The notes under the pieces are model-generated. The model saw only the letters and a list, made by a program, of their open reading frames with translations, searched no databases and had not been told where the DNA came from. A DNA stretch of 61,311 bases, filler included. It is 5 parts of 5 records of this genome, joined end to end, with 100 filler letters (N's around TTAATTAATTAA, not from the genome) between each part and the next. Parts side by side here need not be neighbours in the genome. Positions count along the whole stretch, not along the records: positions 34,066 to 42,675 come from SRR20825010_4819; positions 42,776 to 56,994 come from SRR20825010_4831; 3 more parts are not named here. One strand, given 5' to 3'. A program made the position numbers and the translations under genes. Shown piece after piece: positions 38,698-48,218 of the stretch. The number at the start of each line of letters is the position of its first letter. Position 1 is the stretch's first letter.

Positions 38698-39068
38698 TGT
38701 TTGCAATGCCTGTTTTAATTGTTGCAGCATTCTTTATTGGCGCGGGTGTTCTGCATTTTGTGTTACTGGAATTCTTTTCTGCCATCGTGCCACCGTATTT
38801 CAGCGACCCTGAAGCTTTGGTCAAAATCAGTGGTGTGTTCGAGCTGTTGGGTGGTTTGGGCGTGCTGCTGCCAGCCACACGCAAGTGGGCTGGTTGGGGG
38901 TTGATTGCGCTGTGCGTGGCGGTTCTTCCTGCCAATGTTCACATGGCCATGAACCCGGATCAATTCCAGAACATTCCAGTCGTATTGCTGTATTTGCGCT
39001 TGCCCCTTCAGGCCTTGATCATCTGGTTTATCTGGAAGGCGACCCAAGGCCCTGTGCGAATGAAATAG
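38697..39068 (+). CDS. DoxX-like membrane protein
   Basis: AGVLHF...IVPPY, SGVFELLGG, VLPANVHMA and RLPLQ motifs. Confidence 0.85.
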   Translation: MFAMPVLIVAAFFIGAGVLHFVLLEFFSAIVPPYFSDPEALVKISGVFELLGGLGVLLPATRKWAGWGLIALCVAVLPANVHMAMNPDQFQNIPVVLLYLRLPLQALIIWFIWKATQGPVRMK

Positions 39069-39136
39069 AACCATCGTTATGTTTCTCTGGGTTACACTTT
39101 GAAAAAAGAAATCCAACCCGTGAGGAGACAAAAACG

Positions 39137-40786
39137 ATGTTGAAGCCAGGTCTGATGATGAAGCAGGAAATGCTGCTTTCTTCAATTTTGGTGCATGCCG
39201 AACGGTTTTACGGCGCGCAGGAAGTGGTAAGCCGACGGGTGGAGGGTGACCTTCACCGAATCACCTTCAAGGCCATGGCGGCACGCGCACGGCAGCTGGC
39301 CAATGCATTGCATGATCTGGGTGTTGAACAGGGCGAGAATGTGGCCACCATTGCCTGGAACAGCCACAGGCACCTGGAAATTTACTACGCCGTGGCAGGC
39401 ATGGGGGCGGTAACCCACACACTGAACCCGCGTTACACCCCCCAGCAGTTGATCTACATCATCAACCACGCGCAAGACAGCACTATTTTTTTCGACCTTA
39501 CTTTTGCTCCTTTGATCAAGGCGATTGCGCCGCATTGCCCCACGGTGAAGCGCTGGGTCTTGATGATTGATGAAGACAAAATGCCGGCAGATCCAACAGT
39601 GCCAGGCTTGCTGAACTATGAAACCTTGCTGAAAGCCCAAACCGACAATTATGTGTGGCCCGAGTTCGATGAAAATTCTGCCTGCACCTTGTGCTACACC
39701 TCGGGCACCACGGGCAACCCGAAAGGCATTTTGTATTCGCACCGTTCCACGATGCTGCACGCCATGATGGCCAATTGTGCCGATGCCATTGCCTTGACCC
39801 GAAAGGACGCCATTCTTCCCGTGGTGCCCATGTTCCACGTCAATGCCTGGGGCTTGCCCTACGCAGCCTTGATGACCGGTTGCAAACTGGTGATGCCCGG
39901 CCCGCAATTGGACGGGCCTTCCATTCATGATTTGCTTGAACGCGAGAAAGTGACCGTGGCCGCCGGTGTGCCAACCATTTGGCTGGGTTTGATCAATCAC
40001 ATGAAACAACATGGTTTGAAGTTCAGCACCTTGAAACGTTCGCTGGTGGGTGGTTCTGCGGTGCCTGTCAGTTTGATCCGTGAATTTGATGAAATGGGCG
40101 TGGAGTTGATGCAGGGTTGGGGCAGCACGGAAATGTCGCCCTTGGGCACAGTGTCGAAACTCAGTGGTGACGAACGCGAATTGCCCAAGCAGGAACAGTA
40201 TGAAATTGTGGCCAAGCAGGGCCGTACAATTTTTGGTGTGGACATGAAACTTGTTTCCGAGGACGGTAGCGAATTGCCCTGGGATTTCGAGCACAGTGGT
40301 GAGCTGCATGTACGCGGTCACTGGGTGCTGAATGAATATTATGGGGGCGATGGAGCCAAGGCTTTTAGCCACGATGAAACGGGTAAGCGATGGTTCGCCA
40401 CGGGGGATGTGGCACGCATGGCACCAGATGGTTTGATGCAAATTACCGACCGGACGAAAGACGTGATCAAGTCGGGTGGTGAGTGGATCAGTTCTATTGA
40501 TCTTGAGAACATTGCCATGTCTCACCCGGCGGTATTGCAGTCGGCAGTGATTGCAATAGCCCATGAGAAGTGGAATGAAAGGCCGTTGTTGATTGTGGTG
40601 AAACGACCAGGCGCGGAAGTCAGCAAGGAAGAACTGCTGAAATTCTATGAGGGCCGAATCACCAAAATGCACATTCCCGACGACGTGGAGTTTATCGAAG
40701 CCATGCCAATCGGCGCCACCGGGAAGGTGCAGAAATCAGTGCTGCGTGAACAGTTCAAGGGTGTCAAATTCAGCGCGCTGCCTTAG
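39137..40786 (+). CDS. Acyl-CoA ligase (AlkK/DmdB-like medium-chain fatty acid or 3-methylmercaptopropionate-CoA ligase)
   Basis: [56 protein letters not shown] upstream of ATG 39137. Confidence 0.9.
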   Translation: MLKPGLMMKQEMLLSSILVHAERFYGAQEVVSRRVEGDLHRITFKAMAARARQLANALHDLGVEQGENVATIAWNSHRHLEIYYAVAGMGAVTHTLNPRYTPQQLIYIINHAQDSTIFFDLTFAPLIKAIAPHCPTVKRWVLMIDEDKMPADPTVPGLLNYETLLKAQTDNYVWPEFDENSACTLCYTSGTTGNPKGILYSHRSTMLHAMMANCADAIALTRKDAILPVVPMFHVNAWGLPYAALMTGCKLVMPGPQLDGPSIHDLLEREKVTVAAGVPTIWLGLINHMKQHGLKFSTLKRSLVGGSAVPVSLIREFDEMGVELMQGWGSTEMSPLGTVSKLSGDERELPKQEQYEIVAKQGRTIFGVDMKLVSEDGSELPWDFEHSGELHVRGHWVLNEYYGGDGAKAFSHDETGKRWFATGDVARMAPDGLMQITDRTKDVIKSGGEWISSIDLENIAMSHPAVLQSAVIAIAHEKWNERPLLIVVKRPGAEVSKEELLKFYEGRITKMHIPDDVEFIEAMPIGATGKVQKSVLREQFKGVKFSALP

Positions 40787-41369
40787 GGCCCCACAATTCT
40801 TTAAGCCGTTGGTCGCGCCCACAACCATTGCGGTAGTAACCATAGCGCACCGGGTTTTTGGTGTAGTAGTCCTGGTGATATTCTTCGGCAGGGTAGAACT
40901 TCACCACCGGGGCCACCTCGGTGTGTATGGTTTTGAATTTCCCACTGTCCTGCAACTTCGCTTTGCTGGCAGTGGCCACTTTTTTCTGGTCGTCGTTCAG
41001 GTAATACAAGCCGCTTCGGTATTGTTTGCCAGCATCGCAAAATTGCCGGTCTTTCGCGGTGGGGTCAATTGTTTTCCAGAAAAACTCAACCAGTTGGCTG
41101 TAACTTACCTTGGTGTCGTCGTAGCTTACTTCAACCACTTCAGTGTGGTCAGTTCGGCCTGCGCTAACCACCTGGTAATCGGGGTCTTTGTATTGCCCGC
41201 CTGCATAACCGGAAATGGTTTTCAGCACGCCGGGTACTTTGTCAAAGTCTGCTTCCACGCACCAGAAACACCCGCCCCCAAATACGGCGGTTTTTGTTTC
41301 GGCCTGCACTGTGGCGCTGGCCAGCAAGCCCAAGGCTACGGCAATTGTTGCTTTCAGTTTCATATTCAT
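40770..41369 (-). CDS. msrA: Peptide-methionine (S)-S-oxide reductase with Sec signal peptide
   Basis: GGGCFWCVE, SGYAGG, FYPAEEYHQDYY; ATGA overlap with the msrB stop; signal peptide ending TVQA. Confidence 0.95.
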   Translation of the reverse strand: MNMKLKATIAVALGLLASATVQAETKTAVFGGGCFWCVEADFDKVPGVLKTISGYAGGQYKDPDYQVVSAGRTDHTEVVEVSYDDTKVSYSQLVEFFWKTIDPTAKDRQFCDAGKQYRSGLYYLNDDQKKVATASKAKLQDSGKFKTIHTEVAPVVKFYPAEEYHQDYYTKNPVRYGYYRNGCGRDQRLKELWGPKAAR

Positions 41370-41869
41370 GCCTTGCGAATGGTGGGTAACTTCTGGCCTT
41401 CTGGCACAAAGGCCAAGGCCAAACCGTTGTTGCAATAGCGTTTGCCGGTGGGGGCAGGGCCATCGTCAAACACGTGGCCTTGATGGCCGCCACAGTTGCT
41501 GCAATGGTATTCAGTGCGCGGCAAAATCAGTTTGTAATCGGTTTTGGTGTTCAGTGCGCCTTTGTTGGCATCAAAAAAGCTGGGCCAACCTGTGCCGCTG
41601 TCGTATTTGTATTGCGACGGAAACAGGGGTTGGTTGCACGCAGCGCATACAAAGGTGCCTTTGCGTTTTTCATCATTCAGGGGGCTGGAGAAGGGGCGTT
41701 CCGTGGCTTCCTTGAACAGCACGTTGTATTGCTCTTTCTGAATGATTTTCAACCACTCGGCTTCGGATTTGTTCAGTTTGTTCATGCTGGCAATTGAGCT
41801 CATGGGTTTGGCAATCAATAGGCTGGCGCCAAGGGCGGCAAGACCGGTTAAAACTGTACGACGTTGCAT
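41366..41869 (-). CDS. msrB: Peptide-methionine (R)-S-oxide reductase with Tat signal
   Basis: MQRRTVL; Zn motifs CAAC and CSNC; KYDSGTGWPSF; GHVFDDGP; RYCNNG. Confidence 0.95.
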   Translation of the reverse strand: MQRRTVLTGLAALGASLLIAKPMSSIASMNKLNKSEAEWLKIIQKEQYNVLFKEATERPFSSPLNDEKRKGTFVCAACNQPLFPSQYKYDSGTGWPSFFDANKGALNTKTDYKLILPRTEYHCSNCGGHQGHVFDDGPAPTGKRYCNNGLALAFVPEGQKLPTIRKA

Positions 41870-41898
41870 GTTGGATTTTCCTGTTCATCAATGAATAT

Positions 41899-42675
41899 TT
41901 AACTGCACTGGCCCAAGGCCCCTGGAGCGTTCAATGCCTGAAGTACTGTATTGGATTCACTATTTTCAACAATGACCCCAATGCCCACGTTTTTTTGTTT
42001 CCAGTCTGCTGGAATGGTGTGTCTGAATACTTGCGCGTTCATGCCGGGTGACACGGGTTGTGGTGGGCTGAAGTAGCGCACCACGCGGTCGTGGCGAAGC
42101 AATTCACCCCGGTTTTCACCTGTTCCAACTTGCTGGCTCAAAGCGTCTTCATAAAGGGCAAGCAATATGTGGCCCATTTTGTAGCGCTGATCCAGCCATT
42201 CTGTTTTTACCTTGATTTCGACCATGTTTGACGCTTTTCGTTCCAGAGAAACCTGCAGTGCTATCGGAGCCTTGTCCACCTTTGAGGCGGCCAGTTGGCG
42301 CGGAATCAGGCCCGCTTGCCCCCAGTGACGAATTTCGCGATTCGAGAACAGGTACTGTGGCGTGTAAATTTGACTCACATTGCCTGCGCGTTTGTGAGCG
42401 TACTGGCGTTCTGTGAATTGTTTTTTTGAATACGGGTCTTTCCAACCAATGTAGTTCCAGTAGTCCACATGGAATGACAAGGCAAGAATGTTGGCTGAAC
42501 GCTCTGCAGTGGCCAGCTGACTGCTTAGCCATCGATCAGCTGGAGGGCAGCTGCTGCAGCCTTCTGACGTGTATAGCTCTGCGACGATCATGCGTTCTTC
42601 CGGGCTTGTCCAGCTACAGTTGCCGTTCTGCGAGAAAACAGGTGTGCTCGCCGCGCCAAACAGCAAGCACACAAT
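41899..42675 (-). CDS. DUF1223 thioredoxin-like protein, 5'-truncated
   Basis: ELYTSEGCSSCPPAD, LSFHVDYWNYIGWKDPY, IYTPQ, GENRG. Confidence 0.9.
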   Translation of the reverse strand: MVCLLFGAASTPVFSQNGNCSWTSPEERMIVAELYTSEGCSSCPPADRWLSSQLATAERSANILALSFHVDYWNYIGWKDPYSKKQFTERQYAHKRAGNVSQIYTPQYLFSNREIRHWGQAGLIPRQLAASKVDKAPIALQVSLERKASNMVEIKVKTEWLDQRYKMGHILLALYEDALSQQVGTGENRGELLRHDRVVRYFSPPQPVSPGMNAQVFRHTIPADWKQKNVGIGVIVENSESNTVLQALNAPGALGQCS

Positions 42676-42775
42676 NNNNNNNNNNNNNNNNNNNNNNNNN
42701 NNNNNNNNNNNNNNNNNNNTTAATTAATTAANNNNNNNNNNNNNNNNNNNNNNNNNNNNNNNNNNNNNNNNNNNN
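42676..42775. other. Artificial contig spacer
   Basis: N44-TTAATTAATTAA-N44. Confidence 0.98.
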
Positions 42776-42850
42776 AGAATTGAAAAATCCTTTAATGCTA
42801 TTTCCAAGTATAAAAGTGTAAGACTGGTCTACAATGTGGACCACATATAA
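42776..42850 (+). CDS. priA: C-terminal fragment of primosomal protein N'
   Basis: RIEKSFNAISKYKSVRLVYNVDHI* resembles the flavobacterial PriA end; the priA-LytTR-rpsF order is one I recall from this family. Confidence 0.65.
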   Translation, partial: RIEKSFNAISKYKSVRLVYNVDHI

Positions 42851-43543
42851 TTATACGTTGGCCAGCGCTTCCGCCAGTTCTGTCTTTTTGTTTCTACTTA
42901 ATGGAATCTGTCTGCCCCCTACTTCAACATTTTTACTGTTGAATTTCTCTATCTTCTCCAGATTCACAATGTAAGATTTATGGATACGTAGAAATTTTTC
43001 GGCAGGCAATTGCTTTTCAAAAGATTTCATGGTGGAAAGGATTACGATATTGGCTTCATCAGTCACCAATTTGATGTAGTCACCCAACGCTTCTATCCAT
43101 TTAATATCGTTTAAGATAACCTTACGTTTTTTAAGGTTGCTCTTTACAAAGATGTGTTCCTCGTCCTCATCAACCCTGTTCATTTGCTCGTATTTGGCAA
43201 CAGCTCTTTTTACGGAAGCTTCAAAACGGGCCAAAGTAATAGGTTTGTGAAGGTAATCGGTTACATCGTAGTCAAATGCTTTAAGTGCATAATCAGGTTT
43301 TCCTGTGATAAGGATTACCTGTGGTGGGTTCTCTAGGGCCTCTAAAAGGTCAAAACCACTGATAATCGGCATTTCAACATCTAAAAAAATGAGGTCGATT
43401 TCGTGGTTTTTAAGGCCATTTTTGGCTTCAATGGCATTGCTGTATTCAGCAACCAAAGCTAGGTGTGGATGATTGTTGACCAATTTCGCAACGGCCATGC
43501 GCTGCATGGAAGAATCGTCTACAATTATACTTTTTAATTTCAT
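42851..43543 (-). CDS. LytTR-family response regulator
   Basis: Receiver motifs IVDD and DLIFLDVEMP; LytTR motifs IEALGDY and FLRIHKSYIVN. Confidence 0.95.
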   Translation of the reverse strand: MKLKSIIVDDSSMQRMAVAKLVNNHPHLALVAEYSNAIEAKNGLKNHEIDLIFLDVEMPIISGFDLLEALENPPQVILITGKPDYALKAFDYDVTDYLHKPITLARFEASVKRAVAKYEQMNRVDEDEEHIFVKSNLKKRKVILNDIKWIEALGDYIKLVTDEANIVILSTMKSFEKQLPAEKFLRIHKSYIVNLEKIEKFNSKNVEVGGRQIPLSRNKKTELAEALANV

Positions 43544-43722
43544 GAATGGGGTGATTTGTAGGGTTTTAAATCATCGGCAAATTACATAAAAAACACGTTT
43601 AGGAGCAACAAAAGATGTAAACATGGTCTATTTTGTTGTGTAAATTGCCATATGTGTTATTTAGGTTTAAAAGGTTTTTACTGTTGATAACTCATGTACT
43701 TAAACGAAGTTTTTTTACTTTT

Positions 43723-43754
43723 CTTGCAGGGTGAAAGAAATATTATTAATTTTG
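43723..43754 (+). promoter_or_regulatory. rpsF operon promoter
   Basis: CTTG-N20-TAATTTTG, Bacteroidota -33/-7 elements. Confidence 0.6.
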
Positions 43755-43777
43755 CGCTCCTTTAAAAATATATTATA

Positions 43778-44116
43778 ATGAACCATTACGAAACTGTTTT
43801 CATTTTGAATCCCGTTCTGTCTGAGACACAGATAGAGGAAACAGTCAAGAAATTTGAGGATTTCTTGATTAAGAATGGTGCCAAAATGGTCTCCAAAGAA
43901 GATTGGGGACTAAAAAAATTGGCCTATCCCATTCAGCACAAGAAAAGTGGATTTTACCACTTGTTCGAATTCCAAGCGCCAGGTGAGGCAATCAGCCCTT
44001 ACGAGTTGGAATTTAGAAGAGATGAGCGCATTATGCGTTTCCTGACCGTTAAATTGGACAAGCATGCAATTGCTTGGGCGGAGAAAAGAAGAAACAAACT
44101 AAAAGCAAAGGCATAA
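43778..44116 (+). CDS. rpsF: 30S ribosomal protein S6
   Basis: [27 protein letters not shown]. Confidence 0.98.
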   Translation: MNHYETVFILNPVLSETQIEETVKKFEDFLIKNGAKMVSKEDWGLKKLAYPIQHKKSGFYHLFEFQAPGEAISPYELEFRRDERIMRFLTVKLDKHAIAWAEKRRNKLKAKA

Positions 44117-44120
44117 GGGT

Positions 44121-44417
44121 ATGGCATCTATTGAGCAACAAGCAAAAGCAAAAAAAGACGGGGAAATCAGGTATTTGACCCCGCTTAACATTGAGACCAA
44201 CAAGCAAAAGAAGTATTGTAGGTTCAAAAAATCAGGTATCAAGTACATTGATTACAAAGATCCTGATTTCTTGATGAAGTTGGTGAACGAGCAAGGTAAA
44301 TTGCTCCCAAGAAGACTTACAGGTACTTCCTTGAAATACCAAAGAAAAGTGGCGCAGGCCGTAAAACGTGCCCGTCACCTAGCGTTAATGCCGTATGTTG
44401 GCGATATGTTGAAATAA
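44121..44417 (+). CDS. rpsR: 30S ribosomal protein S18
   Basis: [35 protein letters not shown]. Confidence 0.98.
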   Translation: MASIEQQAKAKKDGEIRYLTPLNIETNKQKKYCRFKKSGIKYIDYKDPDFLMKLVNEQGKLLPRRLTGTSLKYQRKVAQAVKRARHLALMPYVGDMLK

Positions 44418-44430
44418 AAAACACCAGAGA

Positions 44431-44883
44431 ATGGAACTTATTCTAAAAGAAGATGTACAGGATTTGGGATTTAAGGATGATATCGTTACCGTAAAGAACG
44501 GTTACGGCAGAAACTTCCTTATCCCACAAGGTTTGGCCGATTTGGCTACACCATCCGCCAAAAAAGTTTTGGCCGAGAACCTTAAGCAAAGAGCTCACAA
44601 GGAGAAAAAAGTAATCGACGAGGCTACTAAGATTGCCGATGCGTTGAAACAATTGGAAATCAAAATTGCCGCTAAAGCCGGTGCCGGAGATAAATTGTTC
44701 GGTTCTGTGACCAATATCGACCTTGCTGCTGCTTTGGACAAAGAAGGACACCAAATCGACAGAAAATTCATCAATATCAAAGGTGGAGCTGTTAAAAGAG
44801 TTGGTCCTTACGAAGCGATTATCAGATTGCATAGGGAAGTCGTAGTTGAATTCCCATTTGAAGTGGTTGCGGAAGCAAACTAA
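44431..44883 (+). CDS. rplI: 50S ribosomal protein L9
   Basis: VKNGYGRNFLIPQG, KLFGSV. Confidence 0.98.
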   Translation: MELILKEDVQDLGFKDDIVTVKNGYGRNFLIPQGLADLATPSAKKVLAENLKQRAHKEKKVIDEATKIADALKQLEIKIAAKAGAGDKLFGSVTNIDLAAALDKEGHQIDRKFINIKGGAVKRVGPYEAIIRLHREVVVEFPFEVVAEAN

Positions 44884-44900
44884 ACTTCTAAACATATAGA

Positions 44901-44937
44901 ATAAAAAACCCCGGGCAATTTGCGCGGGGTTTTTTAT
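44901..44937. terminator. Bidirectional terminator
   Basis: ATAAAAAACCCCG...CGGGGTTTTTTAT between convergent genes. Confidence 0.85.
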
Positions 44938-44957
44938 AAAATCATTTTAAAGCTGAA

Positions 44958-45422
44958 TTACTGCTGTTGTTCCAAAGCCGCTTTTAACCGTCCCTGTAGT
45001 TCTGAATCGCTTTGCAATGCCATGGCAATGGTTTGATACCTTTCCATACTCAACCCCTCATTGCTGATGATTTCTTCAATTTGTTGGGTGAAGCCTACCT
45101 GCATCTGCTGTATCTCGTTCATTAATTTGCCAAAGCGTTCCTTTTCCTCGTCACTGGCATCTACCGTTTTTTCGGGAGAAGCGGCAGCTTGGTACATTTC
45201 ATTGAACCTATTTGCCTCAAAACCACTTTCTTCAACGGTTTTCATTACTTTTTGCTGCGCTTCCATATTCACTTTTTGGATGTCTTGGAAAGCGGCAGCT
45301 ATCTTGTTCAGTTCCGTGTCGCTGACCTCTACCTGCTCTTGCGCGTTGATTTGGGAAAAAGCGGTCGCACCAAGGGTTGCCATGCAAACCATGAACGTTT
45401 TCATCGATTTTAAAAATGTCAT
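44958..45422 (-). CDS. Secreted helical protein, DUF4168-like
   Basis: Signal peptide; two repeats of the EGLSMERY/SGFEANRF type. Confidence 0.75.
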   Translation of the reverse strand: MTFLKSMKTFMVCMATLGATAFSQINAQEQVEVSDTELNKIAAAFQDIQKVNMEAQQKVMKTVEESGFEANRFNEMYQAAASPEKTVDASDEEKERFGKLMNEIQQMQVGFTQQIEEIISNEGLSMERYQTIAMALQSDSELQGRLKAALEQQQ

Positions 45423-45579
45423 TTTATCTTCTTTTAATACATGTTAATTTCCGAAACTAAAGTATTTATAAGGGCTTACCAAAGAATAGAGGTTAATATA
45501 TACTTAAAGCTGGAGGTACAATCGAATAATTCTCCGCCATAAATTCGGTGCTTATAATAAGCCTTTTTATTTTTGCAGG

Positions 45580-46050
45580 ATGAAGTACAGACGTTTGACA
45601 AAAGAGCAATTAGAAGAGCTGCACCCGGAATTCATCAACTTTTTGGCTACCCAGTCCATTACTGCGGAGGAGTGGGATACCCTTAAAAAGGAAAAACCAG
45701 AGGTGGCCGAGGAAGAAATCGATGTTTTTAGCGATTTGATATGGGAAGGTGTCTTGAACAAGGTGGAATATCTTGAAAATGTTTCCGAAAGGCATATGCA
45801 CCTGTTCCATTTAACGGACAAGGAAATGAAGTTGCTCTCCGTTAAAATATTAAACCCGGAAATCGACCTCAGGACCGAGGTGGGCTTTGGCTGGTTCAAA
45901 CGGAATTATCAGTCCGATTTTGTGGAATATCTTACGGCCTCCAAGGCTTATGGGGAAGATAAAAATGTGGACAAGTTTGAAATCATTAAACAAGGGGCCG
46001 TTATCACTAAAGGAGAACTGTATCAATGGTTTGAACAGATTGTGGAATAA
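45580..46050 (+). CDS. DUF6495-like conserved Bacteroidota protein
   Basis: MKYRRLTKEQLEELHPEFINFLATQSIT...FSDLIWEGVL. Confidence 0.8.
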   Translation: MKYRRLTKEQLEELHPEFINFLATQSITAEEWDTLKKEKPEVAEEEIDVFSDLIWEGVLNKVEYLENVSERHMHLFHLTDKEMKLLSVKILNPEIDLRTEVGFGWFKRNYQSDFVEYLTASKAYGEDKNVDKFEIIKQGAVITKGELYQWFEQIVE

Positions 46051-46124
46051 TTCAGATTTCAGACTTCAGATATTGGATTCAAGAAAAAATAAACCTGCTT
46101 GTCAGTTCGAGCGCAGTCGAGAAC
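46051..46124 (+). repeat. Intergenic heptamer tandem plus REP-like element
   Basis: TTCAGAT-TTCAGAC-TTCAGAT-ATTGGAT (46051-78); GTCAGTTCGAGCGCAGTCGAGAAC (46101-24) with TCGA-GCGCAG-TCGA core. Confidence 0.55.
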
Positions 46125-46215
46125 CTATTAAAAGAAGAATCTGATTAAGCCTTTACTCATTTGACCTTGACCCTTTAATCAAAACTGTATATTTACATAG
46201 GAATTTTAAAACCAC

Positions 46216-47604
46216 ATGGCACAAAAACCATCCATAGCTAAAGGAACCCGCGATTTTTCACCTGCAGAGGTGTCCAGACGTAACTATATCATCCAGATCA
46301 TTAAAAAACACTTCGAAACCTATGGTTTTCAGCCGATAGAGACTCCATCTTTCGAGAATTCGGAGACTTTAATGGGAAAATATGGGGATGAAGGCGACCG
46401 TCTGATTTTTAAAATCTTGAATTCCGGTGATTTTATTTCCAAGGTGGATGATGTGACTTATAGTTCAAAAAATTCCGCTTCGTTGACCCCGAAAATCTCC
46501 GAAAAAGCACTTCGTTATGACCTGACCGTACCTTTTGCCCGTTACGTGGTGATGCACCAAAACGAGATTGATTTTCCGTTTAAGCGATATCAGGTTCAAC
46601 CTGTGTGGCGTGCCGACCGTCCGCAAAAAGGGCGTTTTAGAGAGTTTTACCAGTGTGATGCCGATGTGGTCGGTGCAAATTCCTTGCTTCAAGAAGTGGA
46701 GTTTGTACAGTTGTACGATGCCGTTTTCACCGATTTGGGATTAAATGGGGCAACCATCAAAATCAATAACCGAAAAATACTTTCTGGAATCGCCGAAGTA
46801 ATTGGAGCCAAACACTTATTGGTCGATTTTACCGTGGCCTTGGACAAGTTGGACAAGATAGGAGAGGAGAAGGTGAAGGCCGAGATGGTGGAAAAAGGCA
46901 TTTCCGAGTCGGCCATAGCCAAGGCACAGCCTTTGTTTGATATGGTGGGAACCGCTTCCGAACAATTGGAAAAACTAAAAAGTATTCTTTCCGACTCCGA
47001 AGTCGGTATGTTGGGCGTTGCTGAACTGGAAGAAATTATTTCCACCGTGGATATGGTGGGATTGCAATCAGCAAAGCTCCAATTAGATGTGACGCTTGCC
47101 CGTGGGTTAAATTACTACACCGGCGCCATTTTTGAAGTGGCCGCACCAGAGGGCGTTAAAATGGGTTCCATTGGAGGTGGTGGCCGTTATGATGACCTTA
47201 CCGGTATTTTTGGACTCAAAGATGTAAGCGGGGTGGGAATTTCCTTTGGATTGGACCGTATTTATTTGGTTCTGGAGGAATTGAATCTCTTTCCTGACAG
47301 CTTGGATACTTCGTTGGATGTGCTTTGCCTCAATTTTGGAAAAAAGGAAGGCATGGCGGCCTTAAAACTGGTTTCTGGGCTACGCAAGCAAGGTCTTAGG
47401 GCTGATTTATACCCAATGGATACCAAAGTGCAAAAGCAGTTTAAATATGCCGACAAAAGGGGAGTGCCGTATGTAATTCTTTTGGGAGAGCAGGAGCTTA
47501 CCGATGGTAAATTTGTGGTAAAGAACATGAAGACAGGCGACCAAAAGGAATATGCCTTGGATGCCGTTCAGGAATTTGCAGAAAAAGTCAAGTCCGACTT
47601 TTAA
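46216..47604 (+). CDS. hisS: Histidine--tRNA ligase
   Basis: KGTRDF, LRYDLTVPFARY, GRFREFYQCDAD, ARGLNYYTG, GGGRYD. Confidence 0.98.
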   Translation: MAQKPSIAKGTRDFSPAEVSRRNYIIQIIKKHFETYGFQPIETPSFENSETLMGKYGDEGDRLIFKILNSGDFISKVDDVTYSSKNSASLTPKISEKALRYDLTVPFARYVVMHQNEIDFPFKRYQVQPVWRADRPQKGRFREFYQCDADVVGANSLLQEVEFVQLYDAVFTDLGLNGATIKINNRKILSGIAEVIGAKHLLVDFTVALDKLDKIGEEKVKAEMVEKGISESAIAKAQPLFDMVGTASEQLEKLKSILSDSEVGMLGVAELEEIISTVDMVGLQSAKLQLDVTLARGLNYYTGAIFEVAAPEGVKMGSIGGGGRYDDLTGIFGLKDVSGVGISFGLDRIYLVLEELNLFPDSLDTSLDVLCLNFGKKEGMAALKLVSGLRKQGLRADLYPMDTKVQKQFKYADKRGVPYVILLGEQELTDGKFVVKNMKTGDQKEYALDAVQEFAEKVKSDF

Positions 47605-48136
47605 TTTCCTTTATAATGGTTTTGTAATAGGTAGGTCCGTGCGGTACGTATTTGCCGACACTGGCCAAGCCCCAGGTTTCCTCGGCGAACTTAAAAAGTG
47701 GTATGAGTGCTAAATCTTCTACCTCACTTTCTTGTTTGTTGAGTTGGTTCAAGGGAACCGTTAATTTGCACAAAAAAATGTGATGCAATTCCGCATCAAT
47801 AAAGTCCTCGGATATCTTGTGAATGGCTTTGAAGGTTCCTAGAGGCTCTAATTCTGATTCCGATACCGTAAGTCCTATTTCTTCTTTTACCTCCCTAGCG
47901 GCAGCATTAACAATGTTTTCTCCAGCAGAAACATGTCCGGCCACTGAAACATCCCAAAGTAGGGGGTGGGTAGATTTATCTTTACCGCGTTGCTGAATCA
48001 ATACTCGTCCATCGTGTGTATAGAGCCAAACATGGACGGTAGGATGAAGCAGTCCTTTCCGGTGAGCTTCCGATTTTAAACAAGATTGCCCCGTAGGTTT
48101 TCCGTGTTCGTCCCAAATGTCAACTAGCTCATCCAT
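47588..48136 (-). CDS. NUDIX hydrolase (IDI-like subfamily)
   Basis: Nudix box AGHVSAGENIVNAAAREVKEEIG; LLHPTVHVW. Confidence 0.9.
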   Translation of the reverse strand: MDELVDIWDEHGKPTGQSCLKSEAHRKGLLHPTVHVWLYTHDGRVLIQQRGKDKSTHPLLWDVSVAGHVSAGENIVNAAAREVKEEIGLTVSESELEPLGTFKAIHKISEDFIDAELHHIFLCKLTVPLNQLNKQESEVEDLALIPLFKFAEETWGLASVGKYVPHGPTYYKTIIKEIKSRT

Positions 48137-48150
48137 ATCACATAAAGATA

Positions 48151-48184
48151 AAAAAAAGTCACCCCGAAGAAGTTTCGAGGCGAC
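48151..48184 (-). terminator. Terminator of the M42 peptidase gene
   Basis: Minus strand GTCGCCTCGAA...TTCGGGGTGAC followed by a T-run. Confidence 0.7.
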
Positions 48185-48218
48185 AAATTTTAATATCGGA
48201 ATGATGGAAAATAATCAA

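Noticed and set aside
38885-39136. 84-aa N-terminal extension of the acyl-CoA ligase in the ORF track
   Set aside because: Overlaps the DoxX gene; a clear RBS precedes ATG 39137
39182-40672. 496-aa antisense ORF
   Set aside because: Shadow of the ligase's codon bias; no motifs
40647-41438. 263-aa + strand ORF and other overlapping ORFs across msrA/msrB
   Set aside because: Antisense shadows of well-supported genes
44443-44895. 150-aa ORF antisense to rplI
   Set aside because: Typical antisense frame of a highly expressed gene
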